Positions 47,519 through 58,685 of a stretch of 64,000 nt of DNA are shown one piece after another (within the stretch, counting starts at the first letter, position 1; each line of letters begins with the position of its first letter). Source of the stretch: a virus (taxonomy: Duplodnaviria; Caudoviricetes). The notes below the pieces were generated by a model. That model was not told the origin of the DNA, searched no databases, and was given only the letters and a program-made list of their open reading frames with translations. Both the position numbers and the translations under genes were made by a program. The stretch lies in IMG/VR virus record IMGVR_UViG_3300049892_000014, positions 40,913-104,912 of that record; one strand, 5' to 3'.

Positions 47519-48584
47519 TCATAATGCCTAAAGATAAGTTTAAGCCAAAGGAATTTGCCGACTTTGAGAAGAAGAAGTCCTATGTAGCTCTAGAGGATCG
47601 TGTTGAGCGCCTTGAGAAGGGTAGGACTGCACCTGAAGAAGGTGAGTTTAACAGGTCGTCTAAAGATGTGCGTGAGGATTACTTCGCAGACGAGAAAAGG
47701 GCTGAAGAAGACCGTGGAGAGAAAAAAGAGCAAAAGCGTAGACCATTAAAGCAGCCACGGAAAATGATCCGTAAATGGGATACAAGAAGCGCCAAGCGAA
47801 GGAATAGTAGTAGGTAAGACCGTAACTTCAATTATCTCTTGACAACGTGTGTAATACTATATTTGTATGAAGTTAACTTTTTATCCCGAAGTCTGCCCTG
47901 CTCGTTAGCTCTACCCCATAGGGCAGGGTGGGCTGTCTTTTCAAGATAATCATTTTAAGGAGTAATAACATGGCGGATGCGTCGAAGATTAAAGATAAAA
48001 CTGGCAAAGCTGAAGGTCATGGCGACAACACTGCACCGGCTGGTATCCAGTCCCCTGCAACATATATCCCATTGTCCCCAACGCCTAGTTCTGTAAATAG
48101 CAAGACATCTGATCTTGGTCATCGTGGAGAACAGAAGTAATTAGAAAGGTGAGTAACTATGCCAGCACCTATGAGTATGGATAGACCACCGATGCCTCCA
48201 CCAGATGTTACTGGTCAGATGGGTATGCCCCCAACACAGCCAGCGAATGAACCTGGTCTAGCGTCGATGATGCCCCAAGGGGGAGATCAGCAAGCTGTGA
48301 ACCCTAACGGGGAACTGATGGCTCAGACAGAAGCTATTAAACGAGTGTTAGAGCAGATCGTAAGACTTAACCCTATTATGGCACCCTTCGCACAGAAGTG
48401 TATAACCATATTAGATAGCGGTCTATCTGCTGTTTCTCAATCACCCGCCACTACGGATAACCCTGGTGGTGGTATTCAAGCCATGTTAGCGGCTAAACAA
48501 CCGCCTCCAATGGCATAACCGAGCCGAGCCTGTGTAACGAATAGTAGGTACTTTTCGTGACAGGAAGCTCAATAAGAGGTATAT

Positions 48585-49454
48585 ATGGCTTTATCAGCGG
48601 AACTTGAAGCCTTGTTGTCGAAGATTAACGACGACACGGTTAGAGAAGCTACACGTAAACAGTTGGTTGAAAATCATGAAAACGGTCTTCGCCAGTCTGA
48701 TTACTCGAAGAAACAAAATGAGTTGAAGTTAGAGCGAGAGAAAATGCAGACCGAATGGAAGGGTCATTTGGACTGGTACAACACAGCGAAGACTACTTAC
48801 GAGCAAGCTATTGAAGAACAGCGATTGCTTGAAGAGAAGGTCCAGTCGCTTGAAGCGAAAAAGGAATCGTCCTCAACACTTGTTGACGAGTTAGAGATTG
48901 GTAAACAACTAAAGATCGCACAAGAGCGAGCGGAAAAGGCTAGCCAAGTATCTGATAAATTGTTTAATCAAGTCTCTGAAATCGACAAGATGATTAAGGA
49001 TGGTCAGTTGATTACCGCTGATAAGTTTGAAGCGGCAGTCAATCGCAAGGCCGATGGTTTGGCTAACGCCATTCTCGACGTATGGGAAAAACAGCAATCT
49101 TACAAATCGGAATTTGGTAAAGATTTGCCAAGACAGACGTTGATTGATGAAGCGGCGAAACATAATGGGAATATTGAATTAGCGTATGAAGCTCTTACTA
49201 AAGTTGACCGTGACGACAAGCTGAAGAAGACTATCGAAGCTGAATTCGAGAAGAAGTATCAAGATCGAATTCGACAAGCAGGACTACCGATAGACGACGG
49301 CGGCGGCGGCGGCGCATTTGAGGGTTTAGGCGCATTGCAGCGTAAGGCGCTAGGTGGTAAGGACTCAGAGATACCGGAAGATATTCCGGCTGATGGCTCC
49401 GGAAGACTTAGTTATCTTATCGGCAAAGAGTTAGCAAGCGAGGGTAAGGGTTAA
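48585..49454 (+). CDS. scaffolding protein
   Basis: coiled coil with LRQSDYSKK motif, directly upstream of capsid. Confidence 0.75.
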   Translation: MALSAELEALLSKINDDTVREATRKQLVENHENGLRQSDYSKKQNELKLEREKMQTEWKGHLDWYNTAKTTYEQAIEEQRLLEEKVQSLEAKKESSSTLVDELEIGKQLKIAQERAEKASQVSDKLFNQVSEIDKMIKDGQLITADKFEAAVNRKADGLANAILDVWEKQQSYKSEFGKDLPRQTLIDEAAKHNGNIELAYEALTKVDRDDKLKKTIEAEFEKKYQDRIRQAGLPIDDGGGGGAFEGLGALQRKALGGKDSEIPEDIPADGSGRLSYLIGKELASEGKG

Positions 49455-49699
49455 TCCTTATCTCTATCAAGGCTTACCGCTGAGCCAGCCTGGCGAATCA
49501 GCGGTTTTCGTCTACACGTAGACGAATGTAGCACTCTATGTAGCGGCGACCAGAGCCGATATGGGAAGTCCTGAGAGACCGAGCCTATAATATCGGAAGG
49601 TGACAGAGCGAAGCTGAGTGTAGATTGAGCATTTATAGTCAATCCGCATCATGCGGAGATCTTAACCTTTTAATTTTATATATCTATGGAGATATTTTT

Positions 49700-50683
49700 A
49701 TGGCTTTAACATGGACTGATATTGATGGCAAAGTAAATAAGCACATCGTCCCACGGCTGGTTGATAATGTGTACAAATCCTCGCCGGTTCTTACCCGCTT
49801 GCGCACACGGAACGCAGAACGTTTCGATGGTGGTTTGTCTATTCGGCATCCCATAGTGTACGCCAAGCTGACTGGTGGAGCATTCACCAAGGGCGGAAGT
49901 TTTAATATTGACAAAGTGCAGACAGACACTGCGCTGGAGATCGTTCCGAAGTATTACTATGTTAATATTTCCCTGTACGGTCCTGATAACGTTCTGGCAC
50001 GTGGACCAGAGGCTGCGATGTCCTACGTCGAAAGCAAGATGTTTAATGCTTCCGGTAAAATGGCGGACATGCTCGGAACAGATTTGTTCCTTGATGGTGG
50101 GCTTAGCTCTTTATCTACATCTACCACTTCGCAGTTGGACGGCTTCCAGGTAGCTCTGGACAATGGTACCCTGGCTGCTGCTTACGCCGGTATTACCCGT
50201 GCAGACCTTGGCGTTGCCAACGGAACAAACAATGCTGGAATCAATGGCTACGTGAACTCAGCAATGACCACGTTCTCCATGGGAACATTCCAGGCTGGGT
50301 ACGGCGGATCTTGGTTCGGTAACGAACATGTAGACCTGATCGTCACCACACAGGCTATTTGGGACATTATCTGGAGCAAACTCCAACCGCAGCAACGCTT
50401 CATGGAGATGGATAATGATCTGGGCAAAGTCGGCTTCCAGACACTTCGGTGGAACGGTGCGTCGATTGTAGTTGACCAGCTCTGTCCGGCAGGCTACATC
50501 TTTGGTTTAAACACCAAGTACATCCTGTTCTACATTTCCACAGTGCCGAAGTATCAGTTCGGCTTCACCGGATTCAAAGAAGTTCAGAACTCCGATGACG
50601 TTGCCGGTCAGTACCTGTTCGCAGGGAACATGCTGGTAACAGCTCCTCGTCTCTTCTTCACGTTCTACAACGTGGCTGCTTAA
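49700..50683 (+). CDS. major capsid protein
   Basis: 327 aa, LVDNVYKSSP, YAGITR; distinct high-expression codon usage; downstream terminator. Confidence 0.85.
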   Translation: MALTWTDIDGKVNKHIVPRLVDNVYKSSPVLTRLRTRNAERFDGGLSIRHPIVYAKLTGGAFTKGGSFNIDKVQTDTALEIVPKYYYVNISLYGPDNVLARGPEAAMSYVESKMFNASGKMADMLGTDLFLDGGLSSLSTSTTSQLDGFQVALDNGTLAAAYAGITRADLGVANGTNNAGINGYVNSAMTTFSMGTFQAGYGGSWFGNEHVDLIVTTQAIWDIIWSKLQPQQRFMEMDNDLGKVGFQTLRWNGASIVVDQLCPAGYIFGLNTKYILFYISTVPKYQFGFTGFKEVQNSDDVAGQYLFAGNMLVTAPRLFFTFYNVAA

Positions 50684-50695
50684 TATAACTGAATT

Positions 50696-50721
50696 AGGGG
50701 AGTGAATAACTCCCCTTTTTC
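50696..50721 (+). terminator. intrinsic terminator after capsid gene
   Basis: GGGGAGT-GAATA-ACTCCCC-TTTTT. Confidence 0.8.
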
Positions 50722-50747
50722 TAATACTTAATTGGAGGCGAAGGAAT

Positions 50748-51269
50748 ATGGGAAGTTTAAATTATACAGGCACTCTTCAGATTGTAGACGTGGACCCACG
50801 TGGTATCTCGTTTCAGTCTGACTCAGTTGCTAAAAATCCAGTTGGGTGTATCACACGATTAAACGGTAACCTCTACCGCTACGTTCTACTTACCACAGGA
50901 ATTGGCCCAGTTGCAACAGTCGCTGGCGCTCCTTGCTACCTGGAGGAAGTGAACCCTGCCACTAACGTTTTCACAGTTAATTCAGACTATTCTGATAGTC
51001 TCAAGGTATTTGCGGGAGTATTACTAAAAGCCGCTATTACTACTGGTACGTATACGTGGATTCAGGTCGGCGGAGTGATTGAGTCCGTAGTCAATGATGA
51101 CACCACAGTTAAAGGCGATAGAGTACAAGCTAAAGCAGATGCTACCTTCACTAAGGTTAGCCAAGGTGCCGACGCTGGGTATTCTACATGGGGCGTTTTG
51201 CTCGAAGATCGAAGTGCTACCACTGCTGGAAAAGCAAAGACATTGCTCTTTCCTAAGATGGTTTGGTAA
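50748..51269 (+). CDS. capsid decoration/cement-like protein, paralog A1
   Basis: NPVGC.TR..GNLYRYV...WIQVGG shared with the next two genes. Confidence 0.6.
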   Translation: MGSLNYTGTLQIVDVDPRGISFQSDSVAKNPVGCITRLNGNLYRYVLLTTGIGPVATVAGAPCYLEEVNPATNVFTVNSDYSDSLKVFAGVLLKAAITTGTYTWIQVGGVIESVVNDDTTVKGDRVQAKADATFTKVSQGADAGYSTWGVLLEDRSATTAGKAKTLLFPKMVW

Positions 51270-51280
51270 GGAGGAGATAA

Positions 51281-51835
51281 ATGACTTTACCTACAAATCA
51301 ACCTAATGAATATAGCGGCACAGTCCAGGGAGTTTCTTTAACTGGTCGTGCGGTTGGCGGTGCTATTGATCTTAGCCTGCAAATGGACACAACTCCGCAA
51401 AATCCGGTTGGCTGTGTCACACGATATGATGGTAATCTGTATCGTTACGTATATCTGGCATCTGGGACTACGGTCAAAGGTGCGCCCGCTTATTGGGTTA
51501 CAGCTTATACTCGTCCAGATCTTGGGCTGTATAGCGTATCCGCTACAAACGGAGCGTCTGCTGCGGACAACTGTTTCGCTGGACGATTCCTAGCAGCTAG
51601 TATAACCGTGGCTAGGTATATCTGGATTCAGGTATCCGGCGCAAGCTCGTATGTTAAAGTTGACGATGGTGCGGCTGTAGGCGAACGCCTAGTGGCTTCT
51701 TCCTCTGATACATTTACACATGTCAACGATACTGTTAGCGGACCAAATCTGGCTGTCGGCGTTGTTACTGAAGCTGAAGGCGGGACTACAAGTGGTATTT
51801 GTTCGGCCATTATCTTTGGGCCATTCGGGTTCTAA
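51281..51835 (+). CDS. capsid decoration/cement-like protein, paralog A2
   Basis: same motif set. Confidence 0.6.
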   Translation: MTLPTNQPNEYSGTVQGVSLTGRAVGGAIDLSLQMDTTPQNPVGCVTRYDGNLYRYVYLASGTTVKGAPAYWVTAYTRPDLGLYSVSATNGASAADNCFAGRFLAASITVARYIWIQVSGASSYVKVDDGAAVGERLVASSSDTFTHVNDTVSGPNLAVGVVTEAEGGTTSGICSAIIFGPFGF

Positions 51836-51847
51836 TAGGAGAGAAAT

Positions 51848-52402
51848 ATGACAACAACTGATACTAATATTTTGAATCATAGCGGAGAACTTCACGGCGT
51901 TTACATTGGTCGTAATACGTCTGGAGACAAAGATATCACCGCACAGCAAGATTCTACTCCAAAGAATCCACTCGGTTGCGTTACAAGGTTTGCCGGTAAT
52001 CTTTACCGATATGTATACTTTGTTTCCGGAACAACTGTTGCTGGCGCTCCTGCTTATTGGCAGGCACTTAATCCACTATCTACTAGCTCAACAGCTAGCT
52101 TTGCTGTTACTCAGGCAGCTGCGTCTGCGATTGACGGTAAGGGCAACAACGTGGTTGCCGGTGTATTCCTGGCGGCTGCGATTACAGCTGCTCGGTATAT
52201 CTGGGTTCAGGTTGGTGGAGTTTACTCCGCCGCACGAGTTGGCGCTTCCACTGCGATGGGAGATCTTCAATTCGGTGGATCTAATGATATATTTGTTCGC
52301 ATTGCTCAAGGTCAGCCTGTAACAGATGAACCATTCGGTATTGCGTTAGCGGGAATCTCGTCTAATGTCGCCGCTATGGAAATCATAAACTGTAACTGGT
52401 AA
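51848..52402 (+). CDS. capsid decoration/cement-like protein, paralog A3
   Basis: same motif set. Confidence 0.6.
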   Translation: MTTTDTNILNHSGELHGVYIGRNTSGDKDITAQQDSTPKNPLGCVTRFAGNLYRYVYFVSGTTVAGAPAYWQALNPLSTSSTASFAVTQAAASAIDGKGNNVVAGVFLAAAITAARYIWVQVGGVYSAARVGASTAMGDLQFGGSNDIFVRIAQGQPVTDEPFGIALAGISSNVAAMEIINCNW

Positions 52403-52419
52403 TTAACTAGGAGAACGCT

Positions 52420-52956
52420 ATGTCTGTAACGATTAGCAATAAGATTTTTTCTACCTTCGGCAGTAAGAACTTTCTCAAGTTCGATCTCGTCGTTGGCGCA
52501 TATGTAACAGATGGCGTCTCTCTAGCTCCTGCGGATTTGGGATGGGGGTCTATCGACCTCCTTCTCGCTGAACGTAAAGGCGGAGTGTTGTACTGTTATG
52601 ACTATACCAATAAAAAGATTAAGGTATACAGGCAGTATGTGGCTACCGCTGGGGCATTGAGCAAGCCAGCTATTGATACAACTGATGGCACCATTCTTAT
52701 CACTGGAGGAGAATCTGGCGCATCTGTAGTTCAATTATACGTAGAGCCTGACTCTAACTCTGGTAAGTTGGCTCTAGATACAGTGACTGGTCCATTAACA
52801 ATTCCAGCCGCCACGTTTGGTATTACTCCGGTGTCTATGGTCTTAGCGGCAGCTATTACTTTTACCGGTGACGCCAATGCAGCCAGGGCTTTCGCTGAAG
52901 TCGTAAACGCAACAGCACTAACTGATACGGTTCGCTGTATCGCAATAGGGGTATAA
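52420..52956 (+). CDS. virion structural protein, paralog B1
   Basis: FG.K...FD..GAY..G.SL.P..G..A.FG...AIG shared with the next two genes. Confidence 0.6.
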   Translation: MSVTISNKIFSTFGSKNFLKFDLVVGAYVTDGVSLAPADLGWGSIDLLLAERKGGVLYCYDYTNKKIKVYRQYVATAGALSKPAIDTTDGTILITGGESGASVVQLYVEPDSNSGKLALDTVTGPLTIPAATFGITPVSMVLAAAITFTGDANAARAFAEVVNATALTDTVRCIAIGV

Positions 52957-52959
52957 TAC

Positions 52960-53481
52960 ATGTCAATTACAATTACCAATCTTCAGGAAAATGTATTCGG
53001 AGATAAGAGAATAGCAATCTTTGACATAGCCCTTGGAGTTTATGCATCAGGTGGTCTATCTCTAGTCCCAGCGGACGTTGGGTTGAGAAAGTTTGATCTA
53101 GTGCTTATATCTCCTACTGGTGGATATTCATACACATATAACACGTCTACTAGTAAGGTTATGGCCTTAAGGTCTCCTGCGCAAACTTCTACTGGAGTTA
53201 TTTCTGGGCCAATCACAGTTGCCATGAGCGGAGTAACACTTACTGGTCCTCATACTACTGGGGCTATTCTTAAGTTAAACTCTGATACTGCTACCGGTGC
53301 ATTGAGTAAAACAGAAGCAACGTCCAGATCCATCGCACCAGCAACCTTTGGAATACCGGTGCCAACAGCAACTATCTCCCCAGTATTTGTGGGCGGGACT
53401 TCTACTACTGCTGTTATGCCAGAAGTAACGGGTACACCGACTCTGTCAGCAACCGCTAGGGTTATGGTTATAGGAGACTAA
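52960..53481 (+). CDS. virion structural protein, paralog B2
   Basis: same motif set. Confidence 0.6.
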   Translation: MSITITNLQENVFGDKRIAIFDIALGVYASGGLSLVPADVGLRKFDLVLISPTGGYSYTYNTSTSKVMALRSPAQTSTGVISGPITVAMSGVTLTGPHTTGAILKLNSDTATGALSKTEATSRSIAPATFGIPVPTATISPVFVGGTSTTAVMPEVTGTPTLSATARVMVIGD

Positions 53482-53482
53482 T

Positions 53483-54022
53483 ATGACAGCAACAGTTTCA
53501 AATCGTAAAGAGACAGCATTCGGAACAAAACGAATTGTTGAATTTGACGTCGCTCTTGGTGCGTACACAGGTGGTGGTACTGGGGTATCTTTAGACCCAA
53601 CCGCTTTTGGTATGCGCAATGTAGATATCGTGATTATAGAACCTGGTACGGATGGGTATATTTACGAATATGATTATGTAAATAAATCCATGAAAGCATA
53701 TATGGCCGGTGGGGTTGCATTTTCTGCAACTGTATCTGCGCCAGCTATTGCCGTAACTGGAGCTGTCCATACAGTAGTCGGCGGCATTGGGGCTGGTACT
53801 GGACCGCTACTCAGCTTGACAAATGGAACAGTTTCTGGTAAACTATCCAAATCAGAAGCTACAAATAGACTTATTCCATTGGCGGCATTTGGTCTAGGTG
53901 CTTCGTCTGGAGCGTTGGCAACATCTCCAACGTTTGGGGCGGCAACAGCTCAGGCATCTCTGGCGGAAGTTGCTTCTGCTACATTGTCCACAGCTGTGCA
54001 TTGTCTAGCAATCGGTGACTAA
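53483..54022 (+). CDS. virion structural protein, paralog B3
   Basis: same motif set. Confidence 0.6.
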   Translation: MTATVSNRKETAFGTKRIVEFDVALGAYTGGGTGVSLDPTAFGMRNVDIVIIEPGTDGYIYEYDYVNKSMKAYMAGGVAFSATVSAPAIAVTGAVHTVVGGIGAGTGPLLSLTNGTVSGKLSKSEATNRLIPLAAFGLGASSGALATSPTFGAATAQASLAEVASATLSTAVHCLAIGD

Positions 54023-54066
54023 ACCTTGAATGGGGGGCTAACAATAAAGAAGTCTCCTTATAATTA

Positions 54067-55260
54067 ATGGAGTCTTATATGACTTATAGTGGGCCAGCCC
54101 AGCCATACTCTAGCAATGTTCAAGAGAATTACCGACATATGCAGGAACATGTTAGACAATGGAATCCTAATTTTCCGCAACCTCTGATCGAAAGATCTAT
54201 CAATACTAGATTACGCATGATACAGGACCGCCGCATGTGGGGCGGTCTTCTTGTGCGTGGTCAGATCTCCACACCAGCAATCTATTCAACCGGCGCAATT
54301 CAGGTTGTTAATGGGTCTGCTACTGTTACAGGCACCGGAACAGCCTGGCCAGTATCTGATCATGTAGATACAACTCTGTCTGACGCTATTACAGATACTG
54401 GAATCTTGCAAGATATTACTCCGGCGAGCATGACTAACATCAACGCTGGAGACTGGGTGCTAGTCGACGGTGGCCTTGGCACCCAAGAGATTATACTCGT
54501 TGTAAGTACTACTGCAACTACTTTCAGGGCTAATCCTTCTACTGCTCATTCTGCTGGGGCTACTGTAACTAAGAGTTCCTTTGTGCGTAGACAGTTTAGG
54601 GAAACCTCTGGCAAGGGGCAATATTATAATATTATGGCAGTAGTTGATGATTCAACTTTGATATTAGATTTAACATTCGGCGGAGCATCTCTAACTTCAA
54701 CTAGCTATAAAATACTACAAGCTTATTGGAGTATGGAGCCAGACCTAAGAATGATATGGTCTATAGTGAATCATCAAAATGGCTGGAGGATTAAGTTTAA
54801 TTTACCAGCTGAAGCTTTAAATAACTATGATGTATGGAGAACTGCTACTGGATTTACTACAAAGATGGTAGACTATGTACCTGATGAAATCGGGCGATTC
54901 AGGTATGAATTCTATCCACCGCCTACTACTGCTCAATCTTTTCCTTATCTCGCATATCGCACAGTTCGTGATATGATTGATGATGAGGATACTCCTCCTC
55001 CAGGTATACCAAGTCATTGTATCGTTCATGGTGCAATAGCTGATGCCTTAAGGTGGGGAAGGCGTGATAGTGATTATTACGATCCTAATACCGCAGAGAA
55101 GTACGAGCAGATGTATGAGCGGGATTTAAATAATGCCATGATGGCTGATGATAGCATTTATATGACAAATCTCAAATGGGCATTTGATGCTTACGAGATG
55201 AAATTTGGTGCCGATTTCTGGCAATCACACGATACTGACTCAGTGATGGGTTGGATCTAA
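54067..55260 (+). CDS. head-tail adaptor-like protein with inserted beta domains
   Basis: helical ends with YPPP and IVHGA..A; central GSATVTGTGTAW beta insert. Confidence 0.55.
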   Translation: MESYMTYSGPAQPYSSNVQENYRHMQEHVRQWNPNFPQPLIERSINTRLRMIQDRRMWGGLLVRGQISTPAIYSTGAIQVVNGSATVTGTGTAWPVSDHVDTTLSDAITDTGILQDITPASMTNINAGDWVLVDGGLGTQEIILVVSTTATTFRANPSTAHSAGATVTKSSFVRRQFRETSGKGQYYNIMAVVDDSTLILDLTFGGASLTSTSYKILQAYWSMEPDLRMIWSIVNHQNGWRIKFNLPAEALNNYDVWRTATGFTTKMVDYVPDEIGRFRYEFYPPPTTAQSFPYLAYRTVRDMIDDEDTPPPGIPSHCIVHGAIADALRWGRRDSDYYDPNTAEKYEQMYERDLNNAMMADDSIYMTNLKWAFDAYEMKFGADFWQSHDTDSVMGWI

Positions 55261-55279
55261 AGTAACAAAGGGGTAGATT

Positions 55280-55873
55280 ATGGGGTGGAATGAAGAGAAC
55301 GAATGGGAACGTAATTGGTGGGGAAACTGTGTAAATACTTGGGGAGAAGAGTCCAAGCAGATGTTGTACGCATCGCTCATGGGACTAGATTGGAAGGCGC
55401 AAGATGGCAAGCACACGATTAATGTTAAGGATATTAGCGTTTTGGACATCGGTGGTGGGCCTGTTAGTTTGCTTCTCAAAACTAGCAATGTAAAGGGTAC
55501 CGTCGTTGATCCGTGTCTATATCCGGAATGGGTATCAAACAGGTATATGTGCGCAAAGATTAAGTATATACAAATCAAAGCCGAGGCTCTCAGGCCAGAC
55601 TTGTTTATGCCTAGATTTGATGAATGCTGGATATATAACTGTCTGCAACACGTAGATAATGTTGATCAGATCGCATACAATATACGTGGATTATGTAGGA
55701 GACTGAGAATATTTGAGTGTATTAACTATCCAGTTTCAGCTGGTCATCCGAATTCTTTAACTAAAGAATGGCTTGATAGGGTATTTGGTATTGATGGTAA
55801 AGCTGAACATGTTAACGATAAGGGCTTTACTGCTGATGCTTATTATGGCGTATACGACTTAACTCAAGTGTAG
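55280..55873 (+). CDS. class I SAM-dependent methyltransferase
   Basis: VLDIGGGP, VVDP, NCLQHV. Confidence 0.78.
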   Translation: MGWNEENEWERNWWGNCVNTWGEESKQMLYASLMGLDWKAQDGKHTINVKDISVLDIGGGPVSLLLKTSNVKGTVVDPCLYPEWVSNRYMCAKIKYIQIKAEALRPDLFMPRFDECWIYNCLQHVDNVDQIAYNIRGLCRRLRIFECINYPVSAGHPNSLTKEWLDRVFGIDGKAEHVNDKGFTADAYYGVYDLTQV

Positions 55874-56729
55874 GATGAAAAATGCTAGTAGCTTTAGGTA
55901 AGGTTACAATAGATAATGCTGGAACCCTAAAACGGGCTACTGATAATTTAGTAGACCCGACAGCGATGTTCCTTTGCCACTCTATCATGATTGAGGTGTG
56001 GCCTAGTAATAACGGCAAGATATACGTATGCGACAGGGCTGATGCTGACTCCACGACCGGATATGGTATCGTAGCTATACTGGGGGTTCCAACAGTTAAC
56101 TCTATCCCTACATTTACAGACACGGTTACCGGAGCTATTGCTGCCATTAACCTGGAAGAGATCTGGCTTGATGCAGAACTAGACGGAGAGGGAGCTATTG
56201 TTGTAGGGGATAGGCCATAATGGAAATAAAGCAAGCCCCTCAAATCGGCATCCCTAGATTCGGTATAGTGTATAGACAACGTGCTGGAGGGTGTGACTCT
56301 TTCATGTCTGTAGATGGGGTTGTTGTTAAGATTACATTCTGGCAGCGACTAAAGATTAAACTCAAACGTATGTATGTCTTATTAAGACGTCATATTGACC
56401 ATATATGGTAATATAGATTAGAGGTTAAATTATGAAAAGAGAAGATATTCCACGTTGTCCAGTCCCCGATGAAAGAGTAGGCCAAAAGGGTGATTTAGGC
56501 CCAGTTGGAAGATTCCATGATAATTGGTCGAATCCGAGCGGACACGATGTATACCAACCATCTCCAGCTGATTCTGATCCAATGTCTAAGTATACAGTTC
56601 CAGACTGTTCATATAAGGGATATGATCCGTTTACCTGGCCTAATGGACAGGCTAACCCAGCGGATTTGCCAGGGTGTTGCGGTCATCAGCCTGATGATAT
56701 AGAAGAGATCAAACCAAAGAGGTAATGCA

Positions 56730-57899
56730 ATGGTAAGAGCGTATGGTGGAGTATTAAGAAAAGACACTGCGGTTGTCATTACTATGGGTCCGTTTGTCGA
56801 TATAACAGACGATGTTACTCCTGAATCTGGACTAACAGCTACTATGGACGATGCTTCTAGCGGAGTGTTGATAGCTAAGAATGGAGGTAGCCTATCTCTT
56901 AGAACTACATCTGGAGCTGCCTCTACCGTATATGATACCTTTGGGTTTTATAAAGTAACTCTAGCGGCAGGAGATGTGAATACTGTTGGGAAATTAACAG
57001 TTAATTACTCTTTACCTGCGACGACAAAACCTGTATGCCAAGAGTATGACATACTCCCAACTGCTATATTCGATGCCATAGTGGCTGGAACTGATAATTT
57101 TGATGTTAATCTGGTTCAGATTAATGGCGCTACTGGCCCTGTTACAAGTCTGCAAGATTTTACTGTTAGCGGCTACAACTCTACATCGCATAAGGTGAAT
57201 GGCGTAGTCCTTGCTGACACAACTACCAATTTAACGAATACAGCAGCTTCTGGAGACTTTACATCAACACAGAAAGCTAGTATTACCACGGCGGTAAATG
57301 CGGCAACTGGTATGATTGCAGCTGGAGTATCTACTGGAGTAACGGTATCGGGAGATTTCTCCTCAACAATGAAAGCAAGCATAGCATCTGGAGTTCGTCA
57401 GGAATTAGATACAACGCCTATTTCTGGTGTTCCAGTATCCGGATCAGTTGGGTATCTTAATAAAGCGTACATTGACGTAGCGATTAGTTCTAGATTAGGA
57501 CCAACTGGCACTCTTTCTACGGTTACCAATTTAACCAACGCACCTACGTCAGGAGACTTGACGGATGCAATGAAGGCTAGTATCGTCTCTGGAGTAAACT
57601 ATGCTTCAGGTATGGTCGCCGCCTCTGTGGCTGGATCTGTTGGTAGTGTTGCATCGAAGACTGGATTTAAGTTAGCGGCTGATGGATTAGATGCTGTCTC
57701 CGCTCCGGCTGATCTAGTTAACGATGCCGGTGGTAGAGCTACATTCGTAGGAATGATCAGGGCTTTATATAACAGATTTTATAACAAAGTTACGCAGTCC
57801 AGCTCTGTCCAGACTATATGCAACGACACCTCCACTGGAGTGATAACAATGCCAGTTACGGTATCGGGAGGAATAGAAACCAAGGGCAAGTCTAGCTAA
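56730..57899 (+). CDS. virion structural protein with internal repeats
   Basis: three SGD.T...KASI..GV repeats; S/T/A/G-rich. Confidence 0.6.
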   Translation: MVRAYGGVLRKDTAVVITMGPFVDITDDVTPESGLTATMDDASSGVLIAKNGGSLSLRTTSGAASTVYDTFGFYKVTLAAGDVNTVGKLTVNYSLPATTKPVCQEYDILPTAIFDAIVAGTDNFDVNLVQINGATGPVTSLQDFTVSGYNSTSHKVNGVVLADTTTNLTNTAASGDFTSTQKASITTAVNAATGMIAAGVSTGVTVSGDFSSTMKASIASGVRQELDTTPISGVPVSGSVGYLNKAYIDVAISSRLGPTGTLSTVTNLTNAPTSGDLTDAMKASIVSGVNYASGMVAASVAGSVGSVASKTGFKLAADGLDAVSAPADLVNDAGGRATFVGMIRALYNRFYNKVTQSSSVQTICNDTSTGVITMPVTVSGGIETKGKSS

Positions 57900-57923
57900 C
57901 GGCTGGAGAGGATATGAATATCA

Positions 57924-58685
57924 ATGAATATATCAGAATTTTCCACCAGTCCTGGTACATCCTTAACCGAAACTGATTTAGTTAGATTAGCTACATTTGG
58001 GTTTGAAGTTTCATCCTTAGTACCATATGGTAAAGTTTTAATAGATAGGGTTCTGTATAGACTAGCAGAACTCTATCCTGATACACCAAAGCATTGGACT
58101 CGCAATGAGTTGCTTGGATGGCTGAATGATGCCATTACAGAGCTTAATTTAATTTCCGCATATCTCACCAAAACTAACTCCGTATCGTGGTCTCAGTCTA
58201 ATAATATTATATCCCTACCCGCAGACACTATAGTTCCACTGGAGCTATACTATAATAATCAGGTAATCAAAAAATATTCCGTTGAAGGATTGGATAGTAA
58301 GTTTAACTGGGACGATGGCTCAGTGGGACTGCGGCCTATGGCCTGGTGTCCAGTGGGAACTACGAAAATTCTAGTATATCCACGATCTCAAAAAGCGGCA
58401 CAGACTCTATCGTTAGTTACCGTATATCAAGCCGACCCGATACCAGAGGCTGGGGAGCAATTACAAGTTCCTCCGCAGTACATAGAGGCTATTGAACACT
58501 ATATGTTCGCTAGAGCTAGATTCAAAGAAGGCGGAGCTGAGTTCCAGCAAGCTGATATTGATTATGGTAGATTTGCAGAAATGGCCAAAGAACTCAAATT
58601 GAGATCTGGTAGACAACGTAGAGTTGGTTGGGACGCCCGTATGAAGACACGTTCATCGTATATCAGACTAAAGGATGAAGTATAA
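57924..58685 (+). CDS. head-tail adaptor-like protein
   Basis: WT..EL..WLN.A, VYP, C-terminal helix; similar to the next gene. Confidence 0.55.
   Translation: MNISEFSTSPGTSLTETDLVRLATFGFEVSSLVPYGKVLIDRVLYRLAELYPDTPKHWTRNELLGWLNDAITELNLISAYLTKTNSVSWSQSNNIISLPADTIVPLELYYNNQVIKKYSVEGLDSKFNWDDGSVGLRPMAWCPVGTTKILVYPRSQKAAQTLSLVTVYQADPIPEAGEQLQVPPQYIEAIEHYMFARARFKEGGAEFQQADIDYGRFAEMAKELKLRSGRQRRVGWDARMKTRSSYIRLKDEV

Noticed and set aside
50748-54022. Diversity-generating retroelement behind the paralogs
   Set aside because: No reverse transcriptase and no near-identical template/variable repeat pair
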